64,000 nucleotides of DNA from Marsupella aquatica (taxonomy: Eukaryota > Plantae > Marchantiophyta). Under the pieces are notes generated by a model. The model was given only the letters and a program-made list of their open reading frames with translations. It was not told where the DNA came from and ran no database searches. The position numbers and the translations under genes are program-made. Shown in pieces: positions 58,621 to 64,000 of the stretch; positions within the stretch are counted from its first letter, which is position 1; each line of letters starts with the position of its first letter. The stretch lies in contig OZ316893.1 in assembly GCA_973895155.1 (NCBI GenBank), positions 25,595,520 to 25,659,519 on the forward strand, written 5' to 3'.

Positions 58621-60494
58621 AGACTCTGATCTGGAAACGGAGCAGCCGAGCTTACACATCAATTGATGGCAAGGTTCTCAGAAAGAATCAAAGCTTTTGA
58701 AGGAAGGACGGCTTGGCCACTGAGTCAGCCACCTTTTGAGGTGAGGACCTTTGAGATGCGTATAATCAGCGGTATGGAATATTGTTTTACGCATGGTCAG
58801 GTCAACGCCCGGAGCATAAAGAGAGCCCTGCCTTATTCTGGTCTTCGTCATGGTGGAGAAGATCGGAAACCTTGGTAGCAGTAGTCTGGAGATGGCGCGG
58901 TTTATGGGGATATCCATGAATTGTCGAAAGAAGAAGGTTTGCCACGCACCGGATGGATGCTTACCTGCTGGTGCACACAATATGAAAAGGCACGATTTTG
59001 TGGCTGTCGTCCTGGGCTGTTCAGCGACACAGTTTGCCCACACTCCCACCCATCATCGAGAATTCAGTGATTGGGTGGATTGGAGGGATGCACACAGCAT
59101 CATTCTAGGCACGATTATGTGGGTACCGTACTCCCCAAGGAAGCTGTCGATGGAGTTTCTCCCCCGACTGCACGGATGAACATCTGATTCATAGAGTAAG
59201 GTATCAAGTTGGTTAGTTGGCTGTATCAAGAACCCTCTGAGTCTGGCTGTCACCGGAGAGAGCCGAGCTGGATTCGCGTGGTTCCTGATGAGGAACTTTC
59301 TTATCTCGATCGTTAAGGCCTCGGGACCAACCTCTTGCTAGCCGGTCCTGTGAAGTGCTTGATCAAGATAGAGCGGGTTGCGCACAGACCAAGTATGGCA
59401 CGATTCTGCACATCCCTCACTGAGGACAGGAGACATCTAGCTGTATCCTTTTGGAACACTTTTCATAAGCCGTCACGAATTTGTACGTGGACCTACTCCT
59501 CCGATGGGTGAAGTTTTTCTCTAGAGTGAGTGTCGCTGACGAGAAATCGGGTTGTTCAACAGAAACGGGGGCAAATTTAGATTCGCGTCTCATCTCCCGT
59601 ACATCACGACAGAAGATTATTTGCCGGGACCCTTTGGCCCCGATTCAAGGCGTGTTAAGATTCCTATTGGGTTTCACTTGGACTCCTTTCCCTCACTTCT
59701 ACAGATCTTTTGGAAAGGAAACGAAACTCGTGTTGTTGGTGGCCTCACTGTCTGCCGAAGATTTATTGATCATGCAAAGAATTCAGTGTCAGCAAGGAGT
59801 TGATGTTGGCTCCACTGAGTTCTTTGGGGTGGGGATATCTGTACTGGTGTGAATTCTACGACATCGTGGAATGAGCCAGTACGGAGATCGGCGTGATTTG
59901 ACGGGTGCCACATTGACCATTCAATGGGAGTAGTAGTATATTCTTGCTTGCTGGAGTTTGTGTTCATAAGTTGTGATTTCAACCGAATAAGTGATGGACG
60001 ATCACTTGGAAGAAGTTGGGTAGATTGTGCAGGTATTTCTATGCTTGAAGGAATACCCCCTCCTTCGATTAGTTTTATTTTATGGCCACTTAGTTTCATC
60101 ATGGTTCGGATATAGTAGCGATTGTTGATTTGGTTAGGAATTCGTAGACCCGGTTGGAACTGGAATACCTGCTCGTGCAGGATATTTAAATATATGCATT
60201 TGTATTTACAACTGTGCTTTTCTTCGGTGTATCCTTGTCAAAAGGGGAGGTCGTACAGTTTCCAAAGGCTTGATTACTGTGGATGATTTCTCAACTGACG
60301 CCCAGTCAGACAATGAGAAGCCAAGTACAGGAGTGTACAAGTTAATTGTTAAGTGGGTCAAGTGACGTGATGTTGCACTGCTAAAGTTGGAAGTCTCAGA
60401 CGAAGCGTTTGTCTGTCTTGATAGAGTTACCAATGAGAACCTTCTTATTCGCCATCTGCATGCCTCTAAGTCGAACTAAGAAAAACTCAATCCT

Positions 60495-60658
60495 GTTGGG
60501 ATGTGCACCCGTCTGAGCGGAACTAAGGAAACTTCTTCCTGTTTGGCATGTGCACCCTTCTGAGCTGAACTCGAAAAACTCTCAGCCGTTGGGATGTGCA
60601 TCCTCCTGAGCTGAACTTGGAAAATTCCTTCCTGTTTGCCATGTGCACTCTTCTGAGG
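60495..60658. repeat. About 47 bp x 4 tandem repeat (two alternating variants)
   Basis: GTTGGGATGTGCA(C/T)CC..CTGAGC alternating with GTTTG.CATGTGCAC.CTTCTGAG. Confidence 0.8.
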
Positions 60659-62329
60659 TGAACGTTGAGAACCCCTTTTGCTGTGGTCTCTACCTTGATT
60701 AGCTCTTCGAACGTCGAAATCTCCTTTCGTATGATGCTGTACCGTGATTACCAATTCGAACGGTGATGATCTCATGGAAACAGGTGAAGGTGTTTACTCG
60801 TTGTTTGAACTCTTTTCCTTCACTCAAAAGCAGCCACACCCAAATTTTGTCTGGTTAGCTTTGGGTACGCCTCATGGAGATGAGCAACATGGTAAATACG
60901 CGGCAATCTGACATCTGCTTCGGATAAGATTTCCAAAGGAAAGGTGGTTCACTTGCAGTCAAATCATTTGTAGTATTTGTTATCAAGTTGAAAGTATTGG
61001 CCGCTTTATCAACAATGCAAAAAAGTGGTACAACAATAGGGGCATTCAACTTGTTAGTTTCTTTCTTTTCATTTCTGTTATCAGTCATCTCCCTCCCAAA
61101 TCCAAGCCAAGGTAGTGGTTTCAAGAATCTCATGAGATTTTAAGCGTTTCGGTTTGATGATATATCCAAATCCAGAATTGCATCAGAGTCCAGACATCAT
61201 CCACTGCCGAATTGTCTTCAATGAATTGCATCGGTTGTATCAAAAAGATAAACTTCTACTCCGGCATAGAGCAAATATATGCTCATGGGATGGCAGGTAA
61301 CAACCATATCGGACCCTATCTACGCCAGTATTTGAACTGTCTTGTCGCTCGATGCACAGCAGATCTAGGACAACCTCTGAAATGCACTACCTCATATGCT
61401 TCTCAAGCCGTAGCCTCTTCATCTGTCATTTACAAGAAGAAACTGTGTGGTAGATTGTTATTAAGCTCAAAACAAGACAATAATTTCGTGACCTTTCTGT
61501 TTCCCCGAACCTGATGCATCCTCTGCGGAGCTAATTGAAGTTAGACTTTGAGTCGTTGAAGTGAGATTTCACAGTTGCGAATAAACAGAATTACTTTCTA
61601 ATTCCAAAGAAGTTGACGGTTTAGCTAATTGGCACCCCCGGCAGAGCTTACAATCCATGTACTGGCACGGCTTCGCCCAGCAGTCTCAATATCTCAGTGC
61701 TTCTTTGTTGGTGATGATTTTGCTACCTTTTGTGGTCCAGGTTTCACTCCCCTATACAGTTTGAATCAAGTGACGATCAGGTCAGACGGAGTCACTGCCT
61801 AACTTTACATTCGGCCACAAATAAAGAACCCCCAACTATATGTTGTGAACTTGGTTGAGACTCCCCTTTTCCATTTCCAATTCCCACCACCGACAGTTAT
61901 CCCCATCCCGTCTAGTCCAGCCGCCGACCGTCCCTCCCTCCCTCCCTCCATCCATCCATCCACCCATCCATCCAGTCCAACTATTTGACACCAAAACCCA
62001 AGACTAAAGTTGTAGGTAGTCGCTCAGGAGTATTCAGCTCAGCTAAACGAAGAACACTTCAGTTTAAAGAACAGGTTACATATGAAAGATCAGCACCCTG
62101 TGAACACCACACTTAATCGTTCACCCAACAAAATTGTAGTAGTATTGTTCCCAATTCGCTTTGTGCCCAACATGGTCATTGACCTCGGATGATGATCGAC
62201 TGTGGACCCCACCAGTACTGTGGGTTGCTGCAAAAGTGCAGGAGAATCCCAGTGAAGAGGGGAATCCCAGTGAAGAGGGGAATCCCAGCTGAAAAGCATC
62301 AGAGGAGAGATTCAACTAAGATCAACAAC

Positions 62330-63742
62330 TCACTTGGCAGCTCCAGCAGCCTTTTTGGAGGCATAATTTTCAATCCACTCGATAGTCAAACTCTTGGGTC
62401 TCTCGATGGGAAGACCATAAGCTCGGTCCCAGATGAGCTGTGAAAGCACACCCATGGTTCGCGAGACTCCAAAGAGCACCGTGTAAAAATTCTCCTCCTT
62501 CAAGCCATAGTACTGCAGCAGAACCCCACTGTGAGCATCCACATTGGGCCACGGATTCTTCACCTTACCCAACTCCAACAGGATGGGTGGCACCACCTCA
62601 TACAGCTTGGATACCATCTGAAACATGGGATCGTGTGGGAGATGCTTCAGAGCGAACTCCCTTTGGCAGGTATACCTCGGGTCCGTCTTCCTGAGCACGG
62701 CATGGCCATAACCAGGGACAACCTTGCCACTCTTCAAAGTCTTCCATATGTAATCCTTGAGCTGCTGTACCGACACTTCAGTGCCTGGCCCAATGTCAGC
62801 CGAGATGTCTTGAATCCATCTCAACACCTCCTGGTTAGCCAACCCATGAAGGGGTCCAGCCAAACCATTCATCCCCGCAGCAACAGAAAGATAGGGATCA
62901 GAGAGAGCACTTCCCACCAGATGCACCGCATGGGCACTTACATTGCCACCCTCGTGGTCGGTATGAATAGTGAGGTACAATCGCATGAGCTCCTGGAATT
63001 CTGGATCGTCAAATCCCAACATGTGAGCGAAATTGGCCCCATAATCCAGACCCTTATCCGCCTTAATGAGCTTCCCACCCTTGTAGGTCTTCCTATAGAT
63101 GAAAGCAGCAAGCTCTGGCAGGCGCGCAATCAAATTCATGGAATCCTCATACACTGGCTCCCAGTACTTCTTCTTATCAATGCCCTTCTCGTATGCTTTA
63201 GCGAACTCACTCTCAGTCTGTAGAGCCATGATTCCCGTAGTCAACTGTGTCATAGGGTGTGCCGTCCTCGGCAATGCCTCCAACACATCAAAGACGTGTG
63301 CGGGAATTGCTGATCTCGCCTTGAACTCCTCCGTCAAAGCCTTGGCTTGCTCCTTGGTTGGCACTTCACCTGTCACCAGGAGCCAGAAAAGACCTTCTGG
63401 GATGGGCTCTCCCTTGGGGATTGCAGACGGAAGTGCCTTCTGGCACTCTGGGATGGACATGCCTCTGAAACGAATCCCCTCATCTGCGTCCAAGAGGGAA
63501 GTCTGCCAGAGCATACCCTTGATTCCTCTCATCCCTCCAATTGCCATGTCCACGGTGGTGTCCCCCAGCGATACACTACCATACTTGGTCTTCACCTCCT
63601 TCAGCCTAACCTGCTCCTCGGGAATCAACTGCTTCAGCCTTTCCTTCAGATCTGTGGTGGGGCTCGTGAAGTGCCTTACCCATTTTAGCGTCCTTGCCGG
63701 TCGCCTAGCTTCTTCCACCAGGGCTCTTAACATCCTTACCAT
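62330..63742 (-). CDS. CS: Citrate synthase, mitochondrial type, 470 aa, intronless
   Basis: Arg-rich presequence [25 protein letters not shown]; [31 protein letters not shown], signature [30 protein letters not shown]; uninterrupted ORF. Confidence 0.96.
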   Translation of the reverse strand: MVRMLRALVEEARRPARTLKWVRHFTSPTTDLKERLKQLIPEEQVRLKEVKTKYGSVSLGDTTVDMAIGGMRGIKGMLWQTSLLDADEGIRFRGMSIPECQKALPSAIPKGEPIPEGLFWLLVTGEVPTKEQAKALTEEFKARSAIPAHVFDVLEALPRTAHPMTQLTTGIMALQTESEFAKAYEKGIDKKKYWEPVYEDSMNLIARLPELAAFIYRKTYKGGKLIKADKGLDYGANFAHMLGFDDPEFQELMRLYLTIHTDHEGGNVSAHAVHLVGSALSDPYLSVAAGMNGLAGPLHGLANQEVLRWIQDISADIGPGTEVSVQQLKDYIWKTLKSGKVVPGYGHAVLRKTDPRYTCQREFALKHLPHDPMFQMVSKLYEVVPPILLELGKVKNPWPNVDAHSGVLLQYYGLKEENFYTVLFGVSRTMGVLSQLIWDRAYGLPIERPKSLTIEWIENYASKKAAGAAK

Positions 63743-64000
63743 CTTTGCTCCGTTTCGTTTTCGGCGTCCCCTTCTCTCCTTCTCAGTCCTCAACCCCTCG
63801 GAATTAGGTTAATACTCAAGTCAATCCACACTCTCCTGTCCTCCTAGCACACAAAATATCATCAGGATCTATCAAACCTGGTCTTCGAATCCCTTCCCGA
63901 ATCAAATTGCACCCCAAATCTACTCTCCTCTAACTATGCATGTCACCACTCGAGCAATTTTCGTCTCGTCTCCTCTGCTATGCTCTGCCCACTGAGTCCT

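Noticed and set aside
60595-60615. ATCCTCCTGAGCT resembling a miR390/TAS3 site (also ~53345)
   Set aside because: Partial match inside a tandem repeat, with no paired second site or tasiARF sequence.

Overview
This is eukaryotic nuclear DNA from a non-seed land plant, most likely a liverwort-like bryophyte. That assignment is inferred from GT-AG introns, plant-type genes and an alpha/beta-hydrolase-NB-ARC-LRR receptor. Supported genes: a 14-exon SNF2 chromatin remodeler of the CHR12/CHR23 (MINU) type (+, 4696-13102); an F-box protein (+, 21178-22662); tRNA-Pro(TGG) (24866-24937); a small secreted Cys-rich SPH/S1-like protein (-, 30719-31204); a 5-exon hydrolase-NB-ARC-LRR immune receptor with one in-frame TAG (+, 36826-41098); an isochorismatase-family nicotinamidase (+, 58024-58620); and an intronless mitochondrial-type citrate synthase (-, 62330-63742). 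Intergenic DNA is rich in mobile elements. These include a full-length but defective Ty1/copia element (46563-52612, TSD TGCTG), two solo LTRs, a foldback MULE-type MITE, a Tc1/mariner-type MITE, a long-TIR element, two tRNA-derived SINE copies, a probable Helitron end and several 80-240 bp tandem arrays. I cannot demonstrate a wholly new system from sequence alone. The best candidates for follow-up are the transposon-flanked hydrolase-NLR locus, the orphan secreted protein, the intronless citrate synthase, and the copia element whose internal decay looks greater than its LTR divergence. All coordinates were counted by hand and no database searches were run.
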